Positions 43,086 to 52,326 of a stretch of 63,223 bases of DNA are shown in pieces. Numbering within the stretch: position 1 is the stretch's first letter; the number at the start of each line of letters is the position of its first letter. The position numbers and the translations under genes were made by a program. The notes under the pieces were generated by a model. The model saw nothing but the letters and a program-made list of their open reading frames with translations. It made no database searches and was not told where the DNA came from. Source of the DNA: Candidatus Parcubacteria bacterium. GTDB lineage: Bacteria > Patescibacteriota > Minisyncoccia > Phycocordibacterales > JAKAEA01. The stretch spans positions 1-63,223 of the forward strand of contig JAIFWI010000006.1 of the NCBI GenBank assembly GCA_019661945.1. Reading direction: 5' to 3'.

Positions 43086-44896
43086 TAGGTTTGCCTACGT
43101 AGGTCCTCCTTTGCTTTTTTAATGGCTAGAATCTGCGAAGGATCTGACGTAATGATTTGATCTTCAGTATACGAAGCAATAACTTTAATAGCAACGTGTT
43201 TCACTCCGGCAAAGAAGATGCCCTCCCCTACATCGGACTCAAGGAGCAAATATTTTTCTTCATCAGTTAAGTTAAATGTTTGTTGAAGTTTATCAATTGA
43301 CGAGGGTGATTGTTTTAAGAGGACTTGAATTGAGGAGTTGGTAATAATCGGTAGGCCGTAGGGCGATTTCAAAAAGTCTTCAACGTCTTGAGTAATAGTA
43401 GATAATCCCAAGTAATATTTTCGTCCACGCTTTGCTAAGCCAAGCAAGAATGAGGCAGTATCTTCCGATTTCATCATCCACCAAGCTTCATCGATCACCA
43501 ACAGACGTTTCTTGATATTTTTACGAACAACATTCCAGATATAGTGAGTAACAATGTACATTGCAATTGGCTTCAATTCATCTTCCATATCACGAACAGA
43601 AAAGACAACAAACTTTTTATTCATGTCGACGTTTGTCGGCCGATTGATAAAACCGGCCCAGGTGCCTTTGGTATATTTGGTCAATCGTTGTGCCAATGAT
43701 TCCCCACCCTCCATACCTGCCAGTACCAATTCAAAATCAGAAAGGAGGGGTGGTTCAATGTTTGAGAAATCATTTTCAGGCGTAATATCTTTAAGAGCAT
43801 ATGTCTCTGTAATAGCTCGATCGATGATAGCATCTTCTTCTGGAGTAATTCCTCCAAGCATAATCCGAAAGAGACCGACTAGGTTAATAATATTTGAGCG
43901 TAAGACACTTGCCGGTGATTCATCTTCCTGAATGGGCGGCAAATCGAAAGGATTAATATGGTGTTCGGAATTAAGAGAAATATTAAAGTACCGGCCGCCG
44001 GTGGCTTCGGCCAGATATTCATACTCGCGTTCCGGATCAATGACAATGACTTCAGTATCAAACATAAGCGTTCTTAAAATCTCGAGCTTTGTTGTATATG
44101 ATTTTCCTGAGCCGGATTTTGCCAATGTTACTGAATTGTAGTTTTCAAGTGAGAAACGATCAAAAAGCACAAGACTTGAATTGTGGCGATTGATACCATA
44201 CAAAATTCCTTTATCAGAGGTTAAATCGAAAGAAATAAAGGGAAAAATACTTGAAAGTGGTGTCGAGTTTATTTTTGAATTCACCGACAACTCGTCATTT
44301 CCAAGAGGAATAACACTCTTAAAGCCTTGTTCTTGCTGGAAAAGTGCCGGCTTTACGTAGACCAGTTTTGATTCAAGAATCGATTTAATTTCTGATTCAA
44401 CCTTATCGAGTTCAGCATCAGTCTCACCATAAATTGAAATATAGAGGCCGACGTCAAATAATTTTTCCTGAGCTTGCTGAAGATTGTCGCGAAGGGTTTC
44501 TAGATCTTGGTAGGCAGTATCGAGAACTGGATCACGCACAAGACCCTTATCTTCCCTGATGCTGATCTGGCTTTGAATTTCAGCTACTTTCTTTTGAAAA
44601 TGACGGAGAATTGTTGCTGTATCAATTGGGTGAATGAAAATAGAAATATCAAAAATCTTGTCGAGATTGATGATTGGTGAGAACCAATTTTCGGACAAAA
44701 AACGTGGATACGAAATGACAAAGAAGGTCCTGACAATCTTATCACCCAAGTTCAGTGAACGTGGAGTGACTTTCAAAGCTGACGGAGCAATGATATCTTT
44801 AAGTTCAAGTGTAGCGGCTTGATAGACATCCTGAGGCAAGACTGTTGTATTCTCATCCTCTTTCTTATTCTTTTGTAGAAAACTAAATAATCCCAT
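43085..44896 (-). CDS. virB4: VirB4/TrbE/TrsE-family type IV secretion ATPase
   Basis: 603 aa. Walker A LAKSGSGKSYTTK and Walker B RLLVIDEAWWMM. The N-terminal domain pattern is typical of Gram-positive-type VirB4. Confidence 0.85.
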   Translation of the reverse strand: MGLFSFLQKNKKEDENTTVLPQDVYQAATLELKDIIAPSALKVTPRSLNLGDKIVRTFFVISYPRFLSENWFSPIINLDKIFDISIFIHPIDTATILRHFQKKVAEIQSQISIREDKGLVRDPVLDTAYQDLETLRDNLQQAQEKLFDVGLYISIYGETDAELDKVESEIKSILESKLVYVKPALFQQEQGFKSVIPLGNDELSVNSKINSTPLSSIFPFISFDLTSDKGILYGINRHNSSLVLFDRFSLENYNSVTLAKSGSGKSYTTKLEILRTLMFDTEVIVIDPEREYEYLAEATGGRYFNISLNSEHHINPFDLPPIQEDESPASVLRSNIINLVGLFRIMLGGITPEEDAIIDRAITETYALKDITPENDFSNIEPPLLSDFELVLAGMEGGESLAQRLTKYTKGTWAGFINRPTNVDMNKKFVVFSVRDMEDELKPIAMYIVTHYIWNVVRKNIKKRLLVIDEAWWMMKSEDTASFLLGLAKRGRKYYLGLSTITQDVEDFLKSPYGLPIITNSSIQVLLKQSPSSIDKLQQTFNLTDEEKYLLLESDVGEGIFFAGVKHVAIKVIASYTEDQIITSDPSQILAIKKAKEDLRRQT

Positions 44897-44905
44897 ACAA
44901 TATTA

Positions 44906-45541
44906 TTAGCCTAACTTAATTGGTTTTTCTGTCTCGCCTGGATTGAACAGTTTGTAAAATAATTCAACAATTTCTTCAGTGCCCAAACGAGCAACACGAA
45001 TGCCGCAGCGAATAAGACCCTGCTCGACAACGGAAACTCTTTCTTCAAGCTGTGCCCGATTTTCCTCATACATTTCAGTAGCTTCCTTCTTTACTTCCTC
45101 CTGTGGATGTTTTTTAAGGAGCGAGAGCGGATTCTTTTTGGTCAAAATTGCCGGGCTGTAGGGAATAATGACGAAGAAACTCTTGGTCATAATACTCGTT
45201 GTCTCGGTGAAATTTTTGACGAAGCCAATATATTCCTGAATTTGAATTTTTAACAAATCACTCATTTGTTCCTTTTCCCGCTGTTCAAGCAAAGCAAGAT
45301 ACGGCCTGATATCGAGTTTTCGTGATTCGATAAAAATTTGGATGGAGAAATCGAGGGAATTTAAGAAATCTTGGAACTGAAACAGGATAGCATTCTGCTC
45401 ATCAGCCGATTTCAGGGCAAAATTAAGAGAGGAACTCATAATAAGAGCACGCATTGAGTCATCTTTTAAGATAGCATAGCCATCCCGCACTTCTTTTATA
45501 GGCACAAATGCCTGTGTTGCCTTTCCCGGTTGCGAAGCCAT
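44906..45541 (-). CDS. Stand-alone protein resembling the VirB4 N-terminal domain
   Basis: 211 aa. FVPIKEVRDGYAILKDDSMRALIMSSSLNFALKSADEQNAILFQFQDFLNSLDFSIQIFIESRKLD parallels the N-terminal ~180 aa of the adjacent ATPase. No P-loop. Confidence 0.5.
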   Translation of the reverse strand: MASQPGKATQAFVPIKEVRDGYAILKDDSMRALIMSSSLNFALKSADEQNAILFQFQDFLNSLDFSIQIFIESRKLDIRPYLALLEQREKEQMSDLLKIQIQEYIGFVKNFTETTSIMTKSFFVIIPYSPAILTKKNPLSLLKKHPQEEVKKEATEMYEENRAQLEERVSVVEQGLIRCGIRVARLGTEEIVELFYKLFNPGETEKPIKLG

Positions 45542-45545
45542 ATGA

Positions 45546-45977
45546 TTATTGTATCACATCGTCCCTAGTCACTGGATTTAGGGACTCTCGGGTATCTAAA
45601 TTCCAGGTTAATTCCTTTAATTTACTGTTTGAGAGTTTTGGTATGAAGGCTGATGAGGCAGCACTTGGTTCCTCTTTCTTTATTTGTACGGCAGGCTTTG
45701 TTTCATGCTTCCAAATATAGAGCTTAGGATTGATGATATACATCACTGCATTTTCGAGAACGACGATGAATGGCCGATTATTGACCTTATAAAATGCCAA
45801 GGCAGACACAAAAGCAATAATAGGCATGATGAAAAACATCGATATGTACCAGGGAAATAAAAGATAGAAGACAACTGAAAGCCCTCCTCCACCGGCAAGG
45901 TACACAAACTGTTTTAAGGTAAGTGGGCCAAAGATTTTATCTTCTATTTCAATAAATTGTGGAATTTGAAACTTCAT
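45546..45977 (-). CDS. PrgI/VirB3-like small membrane protein
   Basis: 143 aa. MKFQIPQFIEIEDKIFGPLTLKQFVYLAGGGGLSVVFYLLF matches the PrgI-family start followed by two TM helices. Confidence 0.6.
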   Translation of the reverse strand: MKFQIPQFIEIEDKIFGPLTLKQFVYLAGGGGLSVVFYLLFPWYISMFFIMPIIAFVSALAFYKVNNRPFIVVLENAVMYIINPKLYIWKHETKPAVQIKKEEPSAASSAFIPKLSNSKLKELTWNLDTRESLNPVTRDDVIQ

Positions 45978-45982
45978 AACCT

Positions 45983-46753
45983 CTACAGACTCCTATGTTG
46001 CTTAACAATGAGTGGCATTAAATCCTCATGATGATCAGGCAAATTTGGCTGCATATCCAAATTATGGACTGTTTCTACCTGCTGTCGTAGAATCCCCTGA
46101 TTTTGCATAGGTGGAATAACCCGAGCTGTTGGCAAGTTTTGGGCCACAACAGGCTCTGGCACAGGTGCTACAAACTGGAGACGTGATGACGCTACATTAT
46201 GTGTATTTGATATAAAAGACTGAGGAATAAGCGCTGGTACGGCTGGCTTACTACGTAATCCTACTGGCGGAGCATAGGAGGATCGAGGAGAGCTTGTCAT
46301 CGGACTTGGTGTTGGATGTTCTATTTCATCAAGGATATGTCGCTGAATTGATGATTCGTTATCATGAGTGCCATCGTTTCCCCGAAGTGGCGGTAAGGGT
46401 GATTGTGGTTCCTTAGGATGTATACCTGTGTCCTCTTCCCCGGCATCAGGATCAATAGCATATGTTGAAGGATCGAGAATTAATTCATCAATATCAATGA
46501 GCACTTGTCGGGCAACGTCCTCAGGAAAATTGTATTCTCGGGAAATTTCTTGAATAAATTCATCAACGTAATACGTACCGGTAAGCAAAGCAAAAATTTT
46601 GAGAGCGAAATCATCTTCTTTACTTTCAGGCACGAGGTACTCATCAGAAATAAGGTGAACTGATTCAGCTACTTCTTGAGACATGATGTAATCCTGAAGT
46701 GCTTCGGGCAATTCATTATATGTGTCGTCTAATTGTTGCATTGAATATGGCAT
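45983..46753 (-). CDS. Hypothetical Pro-rich protein in the T4SS-like operon
   Basis: 256 aa. Acidic N-terminal half and Pro/Ser-rich C-terminal half. Confidence 0.5.
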   Translation of the reverse strand: MPYSMQQLDDTYNELPEALQDYIMSQEVAESVHLISDEYLVPESKEDDFALKIFALLTGTYYVDEFIQEISREYNFPEDVARQVLIDIDELILDPSTYAIDPDAGEEDTGIHPKEPQSPLPPLRGNDGTHDNESSIQRHILDEIEHPTPSPMTSSPRSSYAPPVGLRSKPAVPALIPQSFISNTHNVASSRLQFVAPVPEPVVAQNLPTARVIPPMQNQGILRQQVETVHNLDMQPNLPDHHEDLMPLIVKQHRSL

Positions 46754-46758
46754 ATATT

Positions 46759-49443
46759 TTAAATTTCATCTGATCTCCTATCTCCGCGTTCTACTCGGTC
46801 GGCAGCTGCATCTATTTCAGTTTGACGTTCGGCCTCCGTTCTTGCCGCTATCTGGCGTCGTTCTTCTCGGTGTGTCTGAGCGGCTTCTTGTTTGCCTTTT
46901 ACGTACCAATAATTATCTCGAGAATCTGCTTTTGCTTTAATAACATATTCATATGCCGGATTGTTTTCATCTTTAAGAATTTCTTCGACAACTTTCTCAA
47001 CCTGATCTTCATTAAGGGTCTTTTCTCGGGCAATAGTCTCAAGAGCTTTCTGTGAAAGGTTCTTAGCCACTCGTTTATCACTGAGTATTGTCGGCCTAAG
47101 TTTTGCCACCTGAGTATGAGGCATGTTTTTAATCGTTTTTGCCACAATTTCTTCTTGTTGTGCTGGATTAAGCTGGAAGTTATTAAAGGTATCAGTAATT
47201 TTATCCTGATTCTCGTCAATCTGTTCTTCTTGTGACTTTTTAGCAGACCGATGGACGGCAAGATATTCTTGAGCAGCCTTAACTCGAGCTCGGGCTTTGA
47301 CACTCTTACCACCTTTGGCCACAATTTTTGCGGCTCGTTCTGCCTGAGCATTTCGAGCTGAAGTAACTGCTGCTCTTTGGGTCCGGCCGAGGTTATCTTG
47401 GGCAGTTCTAAGATCTGTCTTTGCTTTAGTGATTCGTGCTTCTTTAGCTGCCTTTTCTGCTTCAGTATCTTCACGCATTAAGCTAGCCTCACTTATTTCT
47501 CGATCATGATGTGCCTCAGCAGCTTTCAATGTATCCTGAGCAGCATATACTTCCTTCCAACTCTCCTGTGCCACTGTCTCACCTTTCTTTCCCGCCTTTG
47601 TTGCATTCTTTTCTTTTTGAGCTTCAACACGTCCCTTATATCCTCCGCTCTTACGTGCTGGACCTAAGACTTTGCTAAAGCCTGCAACATTTCGAAGATC
47701 CCATTCTTTTGAAGCCTTTTTCTCAAGTCGCTCGAGTTCTTTCTTGGCACTTGGATCAGTCTTAGCAAGCTGAGTGAGGGTATCACGTCTTCGTTCAAGT
47801 TCATTGTATGCTTTCTTGCCACCAAAGAGTCTTTGGGCTGAATTTGAAATCCTATTGGCTGCAAAATTACCCGTCGTTCTACCGGCAAGTTTAGCCGTAC
47901 CGACTGCACTTCGTCGAGCCAATCGGCCCGAGCTTGAAAGGAAATTTTTACTTCGGCCGATGATGCTTGCGGCAAATCCACCGGAGCTTGTGGCTACCGA
48001 TGTGGCTACAAGTGTTGCAGCATTAATAAAGGCAATAAGCAGTACAAAGTTAATGATAGGTCCGAGAGAACTTTCAGTTGCGCCAGCGCCTCCGCCGCCT
48101 GGAGGCGGCGCTTTAGAACCTGTTCCCAGAGCACTAGCTAGGCCCTCAGTTGCGGCATCATAACTAAACCCTATACCGCCTGCCCCAGCTGGTTTATTTA
48201 AATTAGCAGCCATTAAAAGGACCAAAGTAATAAGCAACATGTAGAGCGGAGCAAAGGTCAATTGAGCCATGAGCGTATTCCACCATTTTCTTGCCCAGCC
48301 CATCGTTTGCGGCAAAATATATCCAAAATATCCAAGCGGTGACAAAATCAAAAGGCCAATAAGAATGACAAAACGCAGGAAAAATAGCATTCCTGCCCAG
48401 AAAAATGTCAGAGCAACAAACAAGAAGAATATTGAACCACCAATACCTATAGTCAGCATTCCTATCCACTGTTTTGAAATCAAGAACTCCTGAGCTTTTT
48501 CTGGATTATAAATATCAACAATACCAAGATCTTTAACAAGCTGTTCAGACATACTGCGGATATTTACACTGCCGCTGCCTGGTGCTGGTGGAGGTGTACC
48601 GGGGGGTGTTGCGGCCTGAGTCTGAGTAAATCGATCATAAAATGCCAGTGATACGACATTCGAAGCATCAATCAGAACCTTAGTAAAAAAGAGACTAAAG
48701 TTAACAAGCAATGCCACCAGAATTAAATTTCGAATAAGCTTTGTGGTATTTGTGCTCGCTAATCCAAGAATGGTAGTGATGGCAACGTACAGGAGGACAA
48801 AAATAAAGAAAAGATTGCCAATATCACGAATGATTGTCCAGCCAACATTAATGATAGAGATACCATTGATCTTGGTTGACATGGTCACGACACTAAATTT
48901 AATTGCCTCATCTAGAAAAAGTCCAGCCATTCCTGCCAGCCATGCTGTTACAAAAAGGAAGATGTAAGCAATCCAAGACGCAAGATCCTTGATACAGTTT
49001 TCGATAACCGGTGTTAGTCCGTCCCAGCATGCATTTGGATCAGTCCCGCCCTTTCCCGCCAACACTTTTTCGGTGTTACCAGCATTCTTTTGAGCTGCGT
49101 TAGCTAATACATCACTATCTTCGCCTTCAGGGTTATTCTGAATATTTGTAATAAAAGTGTTTATGGTATTGATTGTGCCCTGGGCACTTTTTACTTTACC
49201 CTTCGCTGCATCAAGATTTATTGCACTACCTGGACACAACGATTTGACCCCACAAAATGCTTCTTCGGCACGATTTTGCTCTTGCTGAGCTGCAGCAAGA
49301 GCAGCCTGAGCTCTCTGAAGAGCCGCTTGAGCTTTAGCCAAGTTTTCTGCCTTCGTGGCAGCATAAACCTGGATATTTTGATATGGAAAAAGAGAAACAG
49401 CGATGAGAAGGATGAGGATACATGTGCAGAGAATTCTTTTCAT
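46759..49443 (-). CDS. VirB6/TrbL-like polytopic membrane protein with a long charged coiled-coil C-terminus
   Basis: 894 aa. Signal peptide, about 8 TM helices between residues ~150 and 480, then a K/E/A/R-rich tail of about 400 aa. Confidence 0.5.
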   Translation of the reverse strand: MKRILCTCILILLIAVSLFPYQNIQVYAATKAENLAKAQAALQRAQAALAAAQQEQNRAEEAFCGVKSLCPGSAINLDAAKGKVKSAQGTINTINTFITNIQNNPEGEDSDVLANAAQKNAGNTEKVLAGKGGTDPNACWDGLTPVIENCIKDLASWIAYIFLFVTAWLAGMAGLFLDEAIKFSVVTMSTKINGISIINVGWTIIRDIGNLFFIFVLLYVAITTILGLASTNTTKLIRNLILVALLVNFSLFFTKVLIDASNVVSLAFYDRFTQTQAATPPGTPPPAPGSGSVNIRSMSEQLVKDLGIVDIYNPEKAQEFLISKQWIGMLTIGIGGSIFFLFVALTFFWAGMLFFLRFVILIGLLILSPLGYFGYILPQTMGWARKWWNTLMAQLTFAPLYMLLITLVLLMAANLNKPAGAGGIGFSYDAATEGLASALGTGSKAPPPGGGGAGATESSLGPIINFVLLIAFINAATLVATSVATSSGGFAASIIGRSKNFLSSSGRLARRSAVGTAKLAGRTTGNFAANRISNSAQRLFGGKKAYNELERRRDTLTQLAKTDPSAKKELERLEKKASKEWDLRNVAGFSKVLGPARKSGGYKGRVEAQKEKNATKAGKKGETVAQESWKEVYAAQDTLKAAEAHHDREISEASLMREDTEAEKAAKEARITKAKTDLRTAQDNLGRTQRAAVTSARNAQAERAAKIVAKGGKSVKARARVKAAQEYLAVHRSAKKSQEEQIDENQDKITDTFNNFQLNPAQQEEIVAKTIKNMPHTQVAKLRPTILSDKRVAKNLSQKALETIAREKTLNEDQVEKVVEEILKDENNPAYEYVIKAKADSRDNYWYVKGKQEAAQTHREERRQIAARTEAERQTEIDAAADRVERGDRRSDEI
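48079..48127 (-). repeat. GC-rich palindromic element in frame in the VirB6-like gene, carrying the array-element core
   Basis: The reverse strand ACAGGTTCTAAAGCGCCGCCTCCAGGCGGCGGAGGCGCTGGCGC encodes GTGSKAPPPGGGGAGA. TTAGAACCTGTT is a 12/12 match to E3/E5. Confidence 0.55.
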
Positions 49444-49444
49444 A

Positions 49445-51223
49445 TCAGTTTACGGTTACATCTCTAGTAGCAGTGCCGATTGCCCCATTTTGATCTGCCA
49501 CAGTATACGTTAGGGTATAGGTACCAGGAGTATCAATATTGACTGTACCGGTTGGAAGCGGAACGGTTAATGGTCTGCCTTGACCATCGACAGCATCTGC
49601 TCCTGCGTCTATGTATGAATTCCCTCGTGGTAGAAATACTGTGGATGGTCCGCGTAAGGTAATTGCCGGCAATATATATGTTTCAACCTCTACTTCGGCC
49701 AAGGCTAAACGTCCAGGCGCATTCGTTGTTGCCGTACTTTGAATTCGAACATATCGACCAGCTTTTACTCCTTGTCCGATGGTGCCCGGTACGTAGATGG
49801 TAATTTCATCATCTAAATCATGGGGATAGGTAGTGCTTTCCCAAACAAGATTTCTATTTTCATCAAAAATCTGGGCTCTCAGTACAAGATTGTTGATTCG
49901 ACCTTCATCAGGATTTGTTCTTTGGAAAATTCGGATCCGGCCAATGTCATATGTTCTTTCAAGATCTATTTCAACCCAAGGACTCGTTGCATCGGTTGTG
50001 CCTGTGCTTGGTGTTGATGAGTAGCCAGTATAGAGTTCATCAAAACCATTATCTCTATCGCTATCAACGATTTTTCGGGCAGGATTTCCAGTACGACTGC
50101 CTGAAGAATCAACTGGTTTACCCTGAGCAACGTTTTGGGCAGGCGTCACTCCTCCCGGAAGGCCGCCATTGTCTCCTGATGTAGCGCCGTCTATGTCATC
50201 AAGATAGTCACTAATATCCCCTGCTCGGTCGATTCGATCTCGAAAATTGTTTGAATTCTGATCACCACTAATGCCGCTGCTGCCAAGCAATCCTCCGGCA
50301 CTGGTGAGGAGCGTACTAAAAAGTTGATCAGCCAAGGCATTGAAAATTTTATCAAAGCTGTCTGCCAGGCCTATTTGATTTGCGGCGCCAAAAAATTGAG
50401 CATCAAGAGCAGCGCCGATAGTATGTCCCGGTGTGACAATGTCACAATTTCCGTATTCATCACATTCTTCTTGTGAAAAGAAACCGCTTCCCCAATCAAG
50501 TTTTGCTAATTCGATTGACTGACTCTGACCTATACGAGCATGAAGTGCAGCTTTTGATTCAAGGTATGCGCCGTAAGGATTGTTATACGGATTTTGAGTC
50601 ATACTAAACCAGCCATTCCAGCCGCCTTGAGAAAAATCCTTGAAGAATCCTTCAATGTTGCCGACAACATCTTCGAGGGTACATTGGGCTTGTCTGCCCA
50701 AATCATTTCCGTATGAATAATTTATGGCAAGAGCAATTTGAACTTGAGCTTTAAATGGACTACACAAAAATGCCAAATCTGAACTTAAAATAATATCGCT
50801 CAGTAATCCATCACCAATGTTAAGCAAGAAGCCGCCTGGATCAGTTAAAAATTTAGGGCTGCCATCGAAGCCGCCATTGATCCATGCCACTAAAGAATTT
50901 GTTATTTCTGCAATGACAAGTCGGGCAAAAGCAATTGCTAGTGGTTTTTGTAAACAATCCTGCCAAAATTGAGTGTAGGTTGCTCCTGTTTGAGCGCCGT
51001 CTGTATAAATCGAGCCAGCATTTGTTACCGGTACAACTGGTTTAAGTTTTTCTCCTGAACTTTGGAGAAAAGATGGAAGAAATATTCCAAGACACGCTCC
51101 TACTCCCGTAGCCTGAGCTTCTGCTTTTTGAGGAAGGGTTAATAATGTTGCGGGAACGATGAGCGACAGTATCAAGATACCGCTCAGAATTTTTTTAGAA
51201 TATGTTCGTATAATTCTTTTCAC
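49445..51223 (-). CDS. Secreted protein with a discoidin (F5/8 type C)-like domain and a C-terminal Ig-like (DUF5011-like) domain
   Basis: 592 aa. Signal peptide ending KAEAQ. NVAQGKP..WVEIDLERTYDIGRIRIF is a discoidin-like pattern. The C-terminal end reads TPGTYTLTYTVADQNGAIGTATRDVTV. Confidence 0.55.
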   Translation of the reverse strand: MKRIIRTYSKKILSGILILSLIVPATLLTLPQKAEAQATGVGACLGIFLPSFLQSSGEKLKPVVPVTNAGSIYTDGAQTGATYTQFWQDCLQKPLAIAFARLVIAEITNSLVAWINGGFDGSPKFLTDPGGFLLNIGDGLLSDIILSSDLAFLCSPFKAQVQIALAINYSYGNDLGRQAQCTLEDVVGNIEGFFKDFSQGGWNGWFSMTQNPYNNPYGAYLESKAALHARIGQSQSIELAKLDWGSGFFSQEECDEYGNCDIVTPGHTIGAALDAQFFGAANQIGLADSFDKIFNALADQLFSTLLTSAGGLLGSSGISGDQNSNNFRDRIDRAGDISDYLDDIDGATSGDNGGLPGGVTPAQNVAQGKPVDSSGSRTGNPARKIVDSDRDNGFDELYTGYSSTPSTGTTDATSPWVEIDLERTYDIGRIRIFQRTNPDEGRINNLVLRAQIFDENRNLVWESTTYPHDLDDEITIYVPGTIGQGVKAGRYVRIQSTATTNAPGRLALAEVEVETYILPAITLRGPSTVFLPRGNSYIDAGADAVDGQGRPLTVPLPTGTVNIDTPGTYTLTYTVADQNGAIGTATRDVTVN

Positions 51224-51227
51224 GCTT

Positions 51228-52235
51228 TTAACTATTCATTAAAATGTACCCTGAATCTGTCTGACTAAATTGTATTCCGGTCTTTTTTAAATATGCCGCT
51301 ACCTCACGTATTGCTTTTGATGAACCGACGGCTGCTTCTTGATATAAGGTCAAAGATACAATTGACTGGGCTGAGTCTTCAAAAACTTTTAATAAGCCCT
51401 CATCGGCTTTAATTGCAAACTGTAAATTATTAATAAAATCCAGATGAGATGTGGCTACATTTTGTGGTACGGGTAGAGCAAGTAATCCGGCTATGATTTT
51501 TCTATATGCCGTGATCATTGCTTCTATTTTTTTAAGTTCAGCAGGATTATTTTTTTCAACGGCTACATTAGCGATGACAAGTTCGTTGATCAGAAGTCCT
51601 TCTTTATCAAATTGAGCAAATGAATTGCTAAGGATAATTTTTCCAAATGCATTTCCATAATTTCTTAATGCCTCGGGAGTATTAGTCGTTAATTTAAGAT
51701 GTCCCAGGTTATATGTAGGTTTGGTATCTGTTGTTGTTTTACTTGCATCGATGAAATTTTGGACTAATTGTTGTTCAATGCCGGGTGTAATCTCTTTACC
51801 GGTTTGTTTTAGAGTCATATATTGAGTAAAGAGATCGCGAGCGAGTTTTTCGGTTGTAGTAAGTGGAGCTGAAGCAGTACTTGAAGTCGTTTCTTTTTTG
51901 GTTTCAAGTTTATCGTTTGGTCCTTTTACAGCGGGATTTCTGTTTTGATTAATTTCAGTATTGTCCGATGTGCCGTCTCCATCAGTATCTTTATTGTTAG
52001 GACTCGTACCCCAGAGTGATTCTTCCCAATCTTTAAGACCATCACCGTCAGCATCACGCTCGGTTAACCTATTTTGAATGCTGACTTCGGCAGTGACTGC
52101 CGCAAATTGCGATTCAGTAGCGGCGCTTATGTTTTTTGGGCTTGAGGTGGGATAAAGAGCAGCAAAACTAATGCTTATAACTGCAATAAGACAAGCGATA
52201 ATGAGCGGTATAATCTTTTTTGATGGTAACTTCAA
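51228..52235 (-). CDS. Anchored protein with thrombospondin type-3-like Ca-binding repeats; first gene of the operon
   Basis: 335 aa. Repeats DADGDGLKDWEE..DTDGDGTSDNTE. Confidence 0.5.
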   Translation of the reverse strand: MKLPSKKIIPLIIACLIAVISISFAALYPTSSPKNISAATESQFAAVTAEVSIQNRLTERDADGDGLKDWEESLWGTSPNNKDTDGDGTSDNTEINQNRNPAVKGPNDKLETKKETTSSTASAPLTTTEKLARDLFTQYMTLKQTGKEITPGIEQQLVQNFIDASKTTTDTKPTYNLGHLKLTTNTPEALRNYGNAFGKIILSNSFAQFDKEGLLINELVIANVAVEKNNPAELKKIEAMITAYRKIIAGLLALPVPQNVATSHLDFINNLQFAIKADEGLLKVFEDSAQSIVSLTLYQEAAVGSSKAIREVAAYLKKTGIQFSQTDSGYILMNS

Positions 52236-52326
52236 GGTAGTACAGTAATTACTCCTTTATTATAGCAGGCTTAGCCGTTAAATATTCATATATTATGGGG
52301 ATAAACAGCCGTGTTATAATGTCCCT

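Noticed and set aside
46899-47474. 191-aa alternative-frame ORF, and the 47664..47981 and 47774..48163 ORFs, inside the VirB6-like gene
   Set aside because: They lie within the low-complexity K/E/A/R-rich tail or GC-rich insertion, where off-frames stay open. The main 894-aa frame is continuous and has signal and TM logic.
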